A DNA stretch of 64,000 bases from Nannocystales bacterium (GTDB lineage Bacteria; Myxococcota_A; Polyangia; Nannocystales; Nannocystaceae), in contig JBOEGF010000013.1 in assembly GCA_050633305.1 (NCBI GenBank), positions 64,001 through 128,000 of the forward strand. The letters run 5' to 3'. Under the pieces are notes generated by a model that saw nothing but the letters and a program-made list of their open reading frames with translations, was not told where the DNA came from and searched no databases. The position numbers and the translations under genes were made by a program. Positions 47,519 through 56,291 of this stretch are shown here, piece after piece. How positions within the stretch are numbered: position 1 is the stretch's first letter; every line of letters starts with the position of its first letter.

Positions 47519-49228
47519 ATGCCAACTGCCGAGCACACCGAACCCCTCCTGATGCTTGCGGTGATCCTGTTGGTGGGCACCGTCTTCGGGCTCACTGCCA
47601 AGCGCCTGCGGCTCCCTTCCGTCACCGGTCAGATCCTCGCGGGGGTCATCCTGGGGATTGCCGGCTTCGGCTTGTTCGGCGACCACGCCGAGCACGCGCT
47701 CGCTCCCCTGACCGAATTCGCGCTGGGCTTGATGGCGGTCAGCGTCGGGGCACATCTCAACTTTCGTCGGCTCCGTAACGCCTTCCGCCGCCTGTTCCTG
47801 CTCGTGGTCCTGGAGGCGGTGTTCGTCACCGCCGCTGTGACCGTGGTCCTCTCCGCGTTTCCAGCGATCGACACGAGCATCGCGCTGATCTTTGGCTGCA
47901 TCGCGATCTCGACAGCGCCCGCCACGATCGTCGCTTTGGTCCGGGAGACGCGAGCCAAGGGCGTGTTCGTCAAGACGTTGGTCGCCGCGGTCGCGCTCAA
48001 CAACATGGTGTGCATCCTCGGCTTCGAACTCAGCCGCGGACTCGCCGTCGAGACCCTGCAGTTCGGCACGCCACACATCAACGCCGTGCTCATCGGCGCG
48101 TCGACCCAACTCGTCGAGGCCGCGATCACCGGAGGACTCGGGGCACTCGCAATGATCGTGGTGTCCAAGGCCGTTCGGCGTCCTGAGCTGCTCACCACCG
48201 CGGGCCTGATCGCACTGCTGCTGACCGTGGGCGTAGCCCAGCACTACGGCTACTCCGCGCTGCTCTCCTGCCTTTTCCTGGGTCTGTTCCAAGCCAACTT
48301 CAGCCGCGAACGCGAGCGCATCGTCGACCGCCTGTTCCGGGACTTCGAGCCATCGATCCTCGCCGTGTTCTTCACGCTGGCGGGCATGGAACTCTCGCTC
48401 GAGCACGCCACGGTCGCAGGCGGCCTCGCCATCGCCTTCTTCGCCGCCCGTGCGGTGGGCAAGGTGGCCGCTGGCTACACAGCGATGCGACTGGCGGGCG
48501 CAACCCAACGTATCCGCAGGAACATGGGCTTGGCCCTGATCCCCCAAGCAGGGGTCGCGGTGGGTCTCGTGGTGTTGATCAACGCCGATGCCACGTTGCA
48601 CGACCTCGCCCCAGCCGCCGTCGATCTGTTCTCGCCGATCATCCTCACCGCCGTGGTCGCCAACGAAGTCGTCGGGCCAATCCTCACCCGGCTCGCCCTG
48701 GGACGCTCGGGCGAAGCAGGCCAAGACCGGCTGCGACTGCTCGACTTCATCCACGAGGAAAACATCCAGGTCGGGCTGGAGGCCGAAACTCCCCAGCAGG
48801 CGATCGAGCAGCTGGTCAGCCTGCTGATCCGCTCGCACCACCTCGACCCCAAGCTCCACGACTCGATCTTGGAGTCGGTGTTGGAGCGCGAGGCCCAGGA
48901 CTCAACCTGTGTTGGAGGGGGCGTGGCAGTGCCCCATGGTTTGCTTCCCAAGGGCATGAAGACCGTGGGGGTGATGGGCATCAACCGCCGCGGTCTTCAC
49001 TTCGACACACCCGACGAGCGCCCCGTTCACTGCGTCATCCTCCTGCTCTCCAGCCGAGACGAACCCCAACGGCACCTGCAACTGCTCGCGATGATCGCGG
49101 GCACAATCGGCTCGGATCCCGCAGTCCAGGCCCAACTCTTCAACGCCCGCACCCCTGCGCACGCTTACGAGGTGCTGCACCACGAAGACGCCGCGGAGTT
49201 CAACGTGTTCCTCGAAGAGATCGGCTAG
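47519..49228 (+). CDS. Cation:proton antiporter (CPA) fused to a C-terminal PTS EIIA domain
   Basis: About 12 TM segments with LPSVTGQILAGVILG, STAPA, FFTLAG and PQAGVAVGL. C-terminus has EREAQDSTCVGGGVAVPHG (phospho-His motif) and HLQLLA. Confidence 0.9.
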   Translation: MPTAEHTEPLLMLAVILLVGTVFGLTAKRLRLPSVTGQILAGVILGIAGFGLFGDHAEHALAPLTEFALGLMAVSVGAHLNFRRLRNAFRRLFLLVVLEAVFVTAAVTVVLSAFPAIDTSIALIFGCIAISTAPATIVALVRETRAKGVFVKTLVAAVALNNMVCILGFELSRGLAVETLQFGTPHINAVLIGASTQLVEAAITGGLGALAMIVVSKAVRRPELLTTAGLIALLLTVGVAQHYGYSALLSCLFLGLFQANFSRERERIVDRLFRDFEPSILAVFFTLAGMELSLEHATVAGGLAIAFFAARAVGKVAAGYTAMRLAGATQRIRRNMGLALIPQAGVAVGLVVLINADATLHDLAPAAVDLFSPIILTAVVANEVVGPILTRLALGRSGEAGQDRLRLLDFIHEENIQVGLEAETPQQAIEQLVSLLIRSHHLDPKLHDSILESVLEREAQDSTCVGGGVAVPHGLLPKGMKTVGVMGINRRGLHFDTPDERPVHCVILLLSSRDEPQRHLQLLAMIAGTIGSDPAVQAQLFNARTPAHAYEVLHHEDAAEFNVFLEEIG

Positions 49229-49260
49229 CAGGCTCAGGACAGGACCGACGGTAGGACTGC

Positions 49261-49701
49261 TCACGAAACGTCGACGCACAGCTGCGACGCACACGTCAGC
49301 CCCTGGTCGCACCCGCCACCGTCCGTGCACTGGCAGGTCTCCATCCCGGCTTGTTCCGGTGGGCATGGGAGGTCCGAGATGCAGATCTCACTGGTGCACA
49401 TGAGCCCCTCTCCACAGGCGTTGTCGGGGAGGCAGCTGCATCCCAGCTCGCCTGCACGGCACCCGTCACTCGTGATGCTGGACCCATCGGCTTGTCCCGT
49501 CGAGGTCCCGGTGGCCCCGCTCGAGGAGCCGCTGGAAGAGTCCGTCGAGTCTCCGCTCCCTTCGGTCTGAGAACCCGTGGTCGGGGGCGTCTGAGACGAA
49601 CCGCTGCTGGTCGTCCATGTGTCCCCGGAGCTCTCCGGAGGCCCGATCGGCTCCACCGACCCGCAGCCAGCCGTCACCACGAGGATCAGAGCCCACCGCA
49701 T
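49261..49701 (-). CDS. Small Cys-rich lipoprotein with two disulfide repeats
   Basis: TAG-C lipobox, S/T stalk, and C..G..GC.C.....C..GL.C....C repeated twice. Confidence 0.75.
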   Translation of the reverse strand: MRWALILVVTAGCGSVEPIGPPESSGDTWTTSSGSSQTPPTTGSQTEGSGDSTDSSSGSSSGATGTSTGQADGSSITSDGCRAGELGCSCLPDNACGEGLMCTSEICISDLPCPPEQAGMETCQCTDGGGCDQGLTCASQLCVDVS

Positions 49702-49729
49702 CGGCGGATGGTAGCAGGTACGCTCAGGC

Positions 49730-50173
49730 ATGGCCGACCGCATCGAGTTCTATCGCGCCGGAGACGAGTATGGGGAGTTCTCCAACTTCTCGCGTCACCC
49801 AATCGACCTCGGCGGTCAGCGCTGGCCGACCACGGAGCACTACTTCCAGGCGATGAAGTTCGCCGACGCCACCCTTCGCGAACGCATCCGGACGGCGTCC
49901 GGCCCGGGCGAGGCCGCTCGGATGGGCCGACGATTCCCCGGCCTTCGTAGCGACTGGGAAGCCGCGAAGGAGGACGTCATGATGGATGCTCTGAGGGCGA
50001 AGTTCGCGCAGCACCACCGATGCCAGCGGATGCTTCTGAACACCGGGGACGCCGAGCTGATCGAGCACACCCGCAACGACTTCTACTGGGCCGACGGGGG
50101 TGACGGCACGGGTCGCAACCGATTGGGCGTGCTGCTGATGCAGCTCCGCGCAGAGTTGCGGGCCGCGGAGTAG
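49730..50173 (+). CDS. NADAR family protein (YbiA/RibX-like N-glycosidase)
   Basis: FY...YGEFSNF, WPTTEHYFQAMKF, DW...K..VM...LRAKF.QH, D.YW.DGGDG.G.N.LG.LLM. Confidence 0.92.
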   Translation: MADRIEFYRAGDEYGEFSNFSRHPIDLGGQRWPTTEHYFQAMKFADATLRERIRTASGPGEAARMGRRFPGLRSDWEAAKEDVMMDALRAKFAQHHRCQRMLLNTGDAELIEHTRNDFYWADGGDGTGRNRLGVLLMQLRAELRAAE

Positions 50174-50267
50174 GTCGACACACGAACCGCTGCACCGCGC
50201 CTCGTCCGGCGCTCCGCTGATGCCAAGAGATGCGGGTGGCGTCCGGTCCGGCTACGTTGCAGGGGTC

Positions 50268-51011
50268 GTGCCTCGCTCCGTCGATTCCTGGCTTCACAGC
50301 CACGCCCGCCGTCGCCGCGCAAAGTACGCGCTATGGTTGAGCATCGGGCTCACACTATTGCTCTATGTGATCCCGCTGGGCGGTTTCGTCGCCTATCCGC
50401 TCATGCTCTTCAGCACCCTCGTGCACGAGCTTGGGCACGGGCTCATGGCACTGCTCACCGGCGGAAGCTTCGAACGCATGGTCATCTTCAGCGATGGCTC
50501 CGGTGTCGCAACCCATGGCGGCCTCGGTGAAGACGCAGCCGTCGCACGCGCACTGGTCTCCGCGGGCGGCCTCGTGGGGCCCGCCGTCGTCGGCGCGCTC
50601 GCTTTCGCGCTGGCACGCACCGGACGGTCCTCTCGAATCGGGCTCGGCGTCGCTGCAGCCTTCTTCGCGGTGATGATGGCCGCCTTTATCCGCAACCCAT
50701 TCGGGCTCGTCTTCACGGGCCTCGTCGTTGCCGGACTTGGTTGGACGGCGTGGCGGCGCAGCGACGACACGGCCCAGGTCGTCCTCGTCTTCGGGGCCAT
50801 TCAGATGTCGCTCAGCGTGTTCTCCCGTGGCGACTACCTCTTCGTCAGCGAAGCCCACACCGGGGCCGGCGTCATGCCCAGCGACACCGCCCACATGGCG
50901 ATGGCGTTGGGTGGAAGCTACTGGATGTGGGGCATCGCGTGCGGGGTGTTCTCGGTGCTCGTCCTGGGACTCGGCGTCTGGGCGTTCTCCCGAACGCTCG
51001 AACACAAGTGA
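50268..51011 (+). CDS. M50B-family membrane metallopeptidase
   Basis: HELGH zinc motif, multiple TM segments and a C-terminal SD. Confidence 0.85.
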   Translation: MPRSVDSWLHSHARRRRAKYALWLSIGLTLLLYVIPLGGFVAYPLMLFSTLVHELGHGLMALLTGGSFERMVIFSDGSGVATHGGLGEDAAVARALVSAGGLVGPAVVGALAFALARTGRSSRIGLGVAAAFFAVMMAAFIRNPFGLVFTGLVVAGLGWTAWRRSDDTAQVVLVFGAIQMSLSVFSRGDYLFVSEAHTGAGVMPSDTAHMAMALGGSYWMWGIACGVFSVLVLGLGVWAFSRTLEHK

Positions 51012-51012
51012 A

Positions 51013-52368
51013 CTATCCCGGGATCCGGGTGACGCCAGCCTCAACGAGTCCATCGTAGGTCTCGTTGTCAACCAGACCCAGCCAAGGATCAGAGGCTGGC
51101 GTCAGGAACAGCTCGCGATAGACCCGCTCGTTGAACACCTCGAGCGAGCGGTCCGTCTGGTCGTCGGCCAACCACCCATGAAGCGAGAGCCGGAGGTCAT
51201 ACTCGTTCTTGAGTTCGTCCGTGATGATGCTCGACTGAAACCGGCGCATCATCGCGAGGATGCGCGCCTCGTGGTCCGACTCCGACTCGCCTGGCCTCCG
51301 TGGTCTGTCACGGCGTATCAACGCCAGTGTCGGTTCCGACAGCGACACGGTCAGCGTTCCGGTTCCTGTGAGTTCGGCCAGCATCCGGTCGAGGTTTCGC
51401 TCGTTCGGGGGGGGCGGCGTCTCACGAACACCCAACGCGCGCAGTGTCGGCGCTTCGATCATCGCCTTCGAGGCGGTCGTCCGTTGGGCGTCCAGAGCCC
51501 CGACACTCGCCGATGCAAGTCTCGGCTTCGGCCCCAGCACGAACCGGTCGAGTGAGTTGGACAGGAGTGCGGGCTCCGCCGACATCGCATAGTCCTTCCA
51601 CCACCGGGCGAGCTCGACCTGCGCTTGTGCCTGAGCGCGGCCATGATGCGCTCGTACCAGGTCCCCCCCCTCCGCGCCCTGCTCCCCCACCTGCTGGGCC
51701 AAGGTCCGCATCTCCTCCAACACTCGCTTGAATCCACCGGGCGTGTAGAGCCCCGGCGCCGCATCGAGAACCATGCGCTCCGCGTCGAGCAGGTAGTGGA
51801 TGCTGTTGCCCGTGGTCGTCGTCTTGATCGACCGGCCGTCGCCGAACGTGATCTCAACCACCGGCACATCGCGCTCGCTCGACCAATGCAGGACAAAGTT
51901 CTCCCGCAGCACCCCCGACACTTCGGGGTCGGCGTACAGCGTGGTCCGGAAGAAGCGGGAGTTCGCGCAACTGAGTTCGTCACGCAGATCGCCCAGCATG
52001 CGTAGCGACAGAATCGGAAGCCGGCGACGCTCGGCCTCGGCCTTCGCGCGTGCCAGGTCCGTCTCCCAAAACAGCCGCGCCTTGGACGTGTCACGAGCTC
52101 CGCCCACCTCGTCGACGAAGTTCTCCCACCCTTGCGGGTCTTCGGAGCGGTCCGCCGCGTCGTAGAGGTCGAGCGCACGTCGCAGTCCCTGGTGTCCCTC
52201 GACGCGCAGGGCGAGTGCATCGGCGGAACTCGGGGCCTCGGTAGCGAGCCCCAGGGCCGCAATCGCGCTCGAATCCGCCGAAGCCGCCCCCTCGGTGCCG
52301 CTCGGCCCACACCCGAAACTGCACCCAGCCAACGCCACCAGCACCCACACGCGTGTTCGAGTCACCAT
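51013..52368 (-). CDS. Thioredoxin-like (selenoprotein N-like) lipoprotein
   Basis: Cys-containing signal region, W..DL..A...A....LPILSL..LG.L..ELSCANSRFFR..LY....V...LRENFVLHWS. Confidence 0.7.
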   Translation of the reverse strand: MVTRTRVWVLVALAGCSFGCGPSGTEGAASADSSAIAALGLATEAPSSADALALRVEGHQGLRRALDLYDAADRSEDPQGWENFVDEVGGARDTSKARLFWETDLARAKAEAERRRLPILSLRMLGDLRDELSCANSRFFRTTLYADPEVSGVLRENFVLHWSSERDVPVVEITFGDGRSIKTTTTGNSIHYLLDAERMVLDAAPGLYTPGGFKRVLEEMRTLAQQVGEQGAEGGDLVRAHHGRAQAQAQVELARWWKDYAMSAEPALLSNSLDRFVLGPKPRLASASVGALDAQRTTASKAMIEAPTLRALGVRETPPPPNERNLDRMLAELTGTGTLTVSLSEPTLALIRRDRPRRPGESESDHEARILAMMRRFQSSIITDELKNEYDLRLSLHGWLADDQTDRSLEVFNERVYRELFLTPASDPWLGLVDNETYDGLVEAGVTRIPG

Positions 52369-52492
52369 CCTCCTTCAGCATGGGCCCACGAGAAGAGGCG
52401 GTTGTCACCGGTTTGTATCGACGGCTCCCCGCGCCCATCCATCGATCGGACGATTCCTTGCAACGCTCTGCTACAGGCTCCGTCCCGTCCGT

Positions 52493-55400
52493 ATGCGTGC
52501 GGCTTGGTTGCTGGCCCTGAGTTGTGTCATCTCGTGCAACTACGGAACGACCAAGGTCGCCAAAGATGACCCCGGCGTGACCCAGGCGCGCGGTCCGGTT
52601 GCGTGTGAGGGCGAGCAGCTGCTCACCGGAACGCGTCTGGGCACCGCGAAGTTCCGGCCAGGGTCGGTGGATACCCTTCAGTACTCCTCCGACGGCTCGG
52701 TGCTCATGAGCGTCGGCGGCTCCCATGCAATCCTCTGGGATTCGCAGACGGGTCGTCGCAGGAAGGAGTTCGAGGCGTGGTCCGGCAAGGCGAGCTTGTC
52801 CGCCGATGGCCGCCGCCTGGCGCGGGTCGAGTTCGGGCTGCTCGAATCAGGCGTGCGTATCGAGTCCCTCGACTCCGGCAAAACGCTCCGAACCTGGGAA
52901 GACGACTCCAGCGACATCGACCACCTCGTGCTGGGACCCAAGGGCGATCTCTTGGCGATCGCCAACGGCCCCTCCGTCGAGGTCAGGACCGTGGGTCAGG
53001 ACGGCCCGGCGCATCCTCTCGGCACACTCGAGGACGAGGTACGAAGCCTCGCGTTCGCGCCAGCAGGCGCGCTCCGCCTGGCGGCCGGAGGCGCAAAGGG
53101 GCAGCTTCGGATGTGGGATGTCGCGACTGGGTCACACCTCGACCTCAACACACAAGATTCCGCGACCGTGATGGCCCTGAGCTTCTCGGCAGATGGAAAC
53201 ACCCTCGCCGCCGTGGACAGCGACGGCGTTGTCCGGTTGTACAGCTCTGGAAGCGAAACCCCTGTGCACGTGTTTTCCGCTCGGGTTCCAGGCGAGCCCG
53301 CGGAGCTCAGGAAAGTAGCCGTCACCAACGACGGAGCTCGTGTGATCGTCGGCAGCTGGAGCGGGGTCTACTCTCTGTGGAACCCGGATGCATCCGGCGA
53401 AGGTGCGGTACTCGTGTCGGTGCTCACCGAGGGCCTGATCGCATCAGGAGCCGCCGCCTTCACCCCCGATGGCAAGACGGCGACCGCCGCCGCTCATGCC
53501 GGGGCGATCCGTTTCTGGGACGCGGAAACCGGAGACGAGCGACCACAGCCCGAGGCCGGAAACCTCGCCGACGTCGGTGAGGCGATCTGGCTGACGGAAC
53601 ACCGTGCCGTGACCGCGGCCGGTGGCCGGGCCGCCAACGTGTGGGACCTACGATGCGGCAAGATCGAGTCGACCCTTGGCGGCCACGCCCGTCGCGTCGC
53701 CCACATCGCGGCGACCCGAGACTCCACTCTCATCGCGACCGCCGACGAGGCAGGGAGCGTGCGGGTCTGGGATGGAGCGTCCCTGAAGCTGCGGCACGAA
53801 GATACGGCCCAGGCCGACGGTGCGGCGGTCCTTGCCCTCTCCGATGATGGTCGACGCCTGGCTGTTGCTCGGCGCTCAGGACTCGTCGTCCAGGATGCTG
53901 GGACGTTTGAGGAGGTCTGGCGGGAACCCCAGTCGTTCAGCGATGACACGATCAGCGCCATCGCAGCCTCTCCCGACGGCACTCTGTTGCTGACGGGCGA
54001 CACGATGGGCACGGTGCGTTGGCTCGACATGAGCAACGGGTCTTCGTTGGCGAGCCGCGAGGATGACTACGCCTCCACCATCCGTTCCATCCGGTTCTCC
54101 CCCGACGGCAAGCGCGTCGCGACGACAGCCTCGGACAAGGTTCGCATCTACGACGCCATCACCGGCCAGCCCATCATGACGTTCGGTGCGCCTGGCTGGT
54201 CCGTCTCCAACGCGGCGTGGTTCTCTGACAACACACGCCTGGCCTTCGGTGACTCGGACGGCCACCTGTGGGTCGTGCACACAACGGGCGGCCGAGTGCT
54301 CCGCTCCGCGTACGACGAGTCGCTCGACATCAGCGCGCTCGCCCTTCGCTCCGACGACCACGCGCTTCTCACGGGACACGACGACAGCTCCATGCGCGTG
54401 TGGGTGACCGCCGAGCTCGGCACGGCCAACGAAAGCGAGCTCGAGATCGAGCGTAGTCCGTCGGTGGATGCGGTCCCCTTGCTCAGTGGGTCCGCCAAGA
54501 GCTGCCCCACGGTGGACGGGGATCCTGGCAAAACGCTCCCGCCGTGCGCCGTCGCAAAACTCGCGTCCTCAGACTTCTTGCTCGGCGACGGAGCTGGCGA
54601 GGACAGCCAGCTCGCCCTGTCCAACGACGGGGCCTTGCTCGCAACCCCAGCCGGCGAGCAGCTCCACGTGGTCGAGGTGAGCACGGGGAAGGTTGTGAGC
54701 CGGATGAGCTGCTGTGAGTACGGGGCGGCGTCGGCGGTTGTTTTCTCTCCTGACGCTTCGACGATCGCGCTCACACCTCCATTGGGCAACACCCAGACCT
54801 GGACCGTCGAACGGGGGCGAAAGTCCAACGAATGGCGCTTTCGCGCCAACTCCCTGGCGGCCGCCCCTGACGGAGAAACCTGGGCTGCAGTTTCGACCGA
54901 CGGCGCCCTTCACCTTGTCGACATCGAAGGCAAGATCGTACGGTCCCTGGCCACCGAGGGATTCCGGGAGAACACGACCCTCACCTTCTCGGCCGACTCG
55001 AGCCTCCTCCTCAGCGCGGACCGATGGAGTGTCCTCGTTTGGGATACGAAGACCGGCAGCCCCGCCAAGACCGAGTTCGACACCTACGAGCTCCTCGGGG
55101 ACTCCGACGCCATCTGGTGGGCGGGACTGGACGCAAAGAACAACCCCATCATCAACGCATCCGGAAAGCAGCACATCGGCAAGGCTGAGGGAAAGTGGTC
55201 CTCGACTCCATTCCCGTTGCAGCCACAAGAGACGGACGACGTCCGTGGGTACAGCTGCGCTGACGACGGCCGGGTGTGCGTCATGGCGACCGACCGAGGG
55301 CTGGAGGTCAGCCACCGCGGCCGCGGAAAGTCTCTGCTCATCTCCGGCGAGGTCGAGCACGTCTCGTTGCTACGCACTGGCTCCAAACTCGCCGTCTCTG

Positions 55401-56281
55401 ACGGCCAGTCCGCCGCGGTCTGGGACCTCGCGACAAGACGCCGGCTCACTCCTGCTCCGCTTCCCACAACGCGGGGGCTGGCCATGGACGATGAAGGAAC
55501 GCTCGTGACCCTCCACGACGAATCGACCCGGGTCTGGAAGCCAGGCGTCCACGCACCCGCGAGGTCGATCAAGCATCCCTTCCAAGACCTGTGGTTCGCT
55601 CGTTCGGCCGGTGGCGCTGCAGCGCTGCACGAGGATGGCTTGGTCCGTCTCGTGCTCGATTCGGCCAAGAGAACCGTGCTCCGTCCGGGGTCGTTCTCAA
55701 ACCTCGCACTCTCCGCAGACCGCACTCGCGCGGCTCTCCTCAGCTACGGGGACGAGACGGAGCTGCAGGTCGTCGACGCCGAGACCGGGGAGCTTGCCTG
55801 GCAACGCACCGTCCCCGACGCAACCGCCCTCGCCCTCTCGAGTGACGGCAGCAAGGTCGCGATCGGGCTGGACGAGACGATCGAAGTCCATTCGGCCACA
55901 AGCCGCGTGGCGACGATGAACGTCGAACACAGCGTCTACAAACTCGCCTTCTCCCCCAACGATGCGACCGTCGTTGCGGTTGGCGGCAGCCACATCGATG
56001 TCTATGCCGCCAACGACGGCCACGAGGTCGCCAGCTTCGCAGACGGCCTCGAGGTCAGTACGTTCGCGTTCGTCGGCGACAACGACACGATCATCACAGG
56101 CGGCGACGACCATCTTGTCCGCCTCTTCGACGTGACCCGGAAGCGCCAGCTCGGCGTGCTTCGTGGCCACGAAGCGCCTGTCTTCGATGTCGCGGCGAAC
56201 GGCGGTCCCACACGCGTGGTCACACTCGACGAGCGCGGAGCGATGTTCGAGTGGAACGTGACACCGCTGCTCGCCGAATGA
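52493..56281 (+). CDS. Large WD40-repeat lipoprotein (multiple propellers)
   Basis: VIS-C lipobox and many LAFSPDG..LA...D..VR.WD repeats. Confidence 0.9.
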   Translation: MRAAWLLALSCVISCNYGTTKVAKDDPGVTQARGPVACEGEQLLTGTRLGTAKFRPGSVDTLQYSSDGSVLMSVGGSHAILWDSQTGRRRKEFEAWSGKASLSADGRRLARVEFGLLESGVRIESLDSGKTLRTWEDDSSDIDHLVLGPKGDLLAIANGPSVEVRTVGQDGPAHPLGTLEDEVRSLAFAPAGALRLAAGGAKGQLRMWDVATGSHLDLNTQDSATVMALSFSADGNTLAAVDSDGVVRLYSSGSETPVHVFSARVPGEPAELRKVAVTNDGARVIVGSWSGVYSLWNPDASGEGAVLVSVLTEGLIASGAAAFTPDGKTATAAAHAGAIRFWDAETGDERPQPEAGNLADVGEAIWLTEHRAVTAAGGRAANVWDLRCGKIESTLGGHARRVAHIAATRDSTLIATADEAGSVRVWDGASLKLRHEDTAQADGAAVLALSDDGRRLAVARRSGLVVQDAGTFEEVWREPQSFSDDTISAIAASPDGTLLLTGDTMGTVRWLDMSNGSSLASREDDYASTIRSIRFSPDGKRVATTASDKVRIYDAITGQPIMTFGAPGWSVSNAAWFSDNTRLAFGDSDGHLWVVHTTGGRVLRSAYDESLDISALALRSDDHALLTGHDDSSMRVWVTAELGTANESELEIERSPSVDAVPLLSGSAKSCPTVDGDPGKTLPPCAVAKLASSDFLLGDGAGEDSQLALSNDGALLATPAGEQLHVVEVSTGKVVSRMSCCEYGAASAVVFSPDASTIALTPPLGNTQTWTVERGRKSNEWRFRANSLAAAPDGETWAAVSTDGALHLVDIEGKIVRSLATEGFRENTTLTFSADSSLLLSADRWSVLVWDTKTGSPAKTEFDTYELLGDSDAIWWAGLDAKNNPIINASGKQHIGKAEGKWSSTPFPLQPQETDDVRGYSCADDGRVCVMATDRGLEVSHRGRGKSLLISGEVEHVSLLRTGSKLAVSDGQSAAVWDLATRRRLTPAPLPTTRGLAMDDEGTLVTLHDESTRVWKPGVHAPARSIKHPFQDLWFARSAGGAAALHEDGLVRLVLDSAKRTVLRPGSFSNLALSADRTRAALLSYGDETELQVVDAETGELAWQRTVPDATALALSSDGSKVAIGLDETIEVHSATSRVATMNVEHSVYKLAFSPNDATVVAVGGSHIDVYAANDGHEVASFADGLEVSTFAFVGDNDTIITGGDDHLVRLFDVTRKRQLGVLRGHEAPVFDVAANGGPTRVVTLDERGAMFEWNVTPLLAE

Positions 56282-56291
56282 CCCAGCCGAC

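Noticed and set aside
49730..50173. NADAR as the antitoxin of a DarT/NADAR system
   Set aside because: No DarT-like ADP-ribosyltransferase is adjacent, and the sequence looks like housekeeping YbiA/RibX.
51930..52000. Selenocysteine recoding in the SelN-like gene
   Set aside because: The codon after Cys is GCG (Ala) and the ORF has no in-frame TGA.
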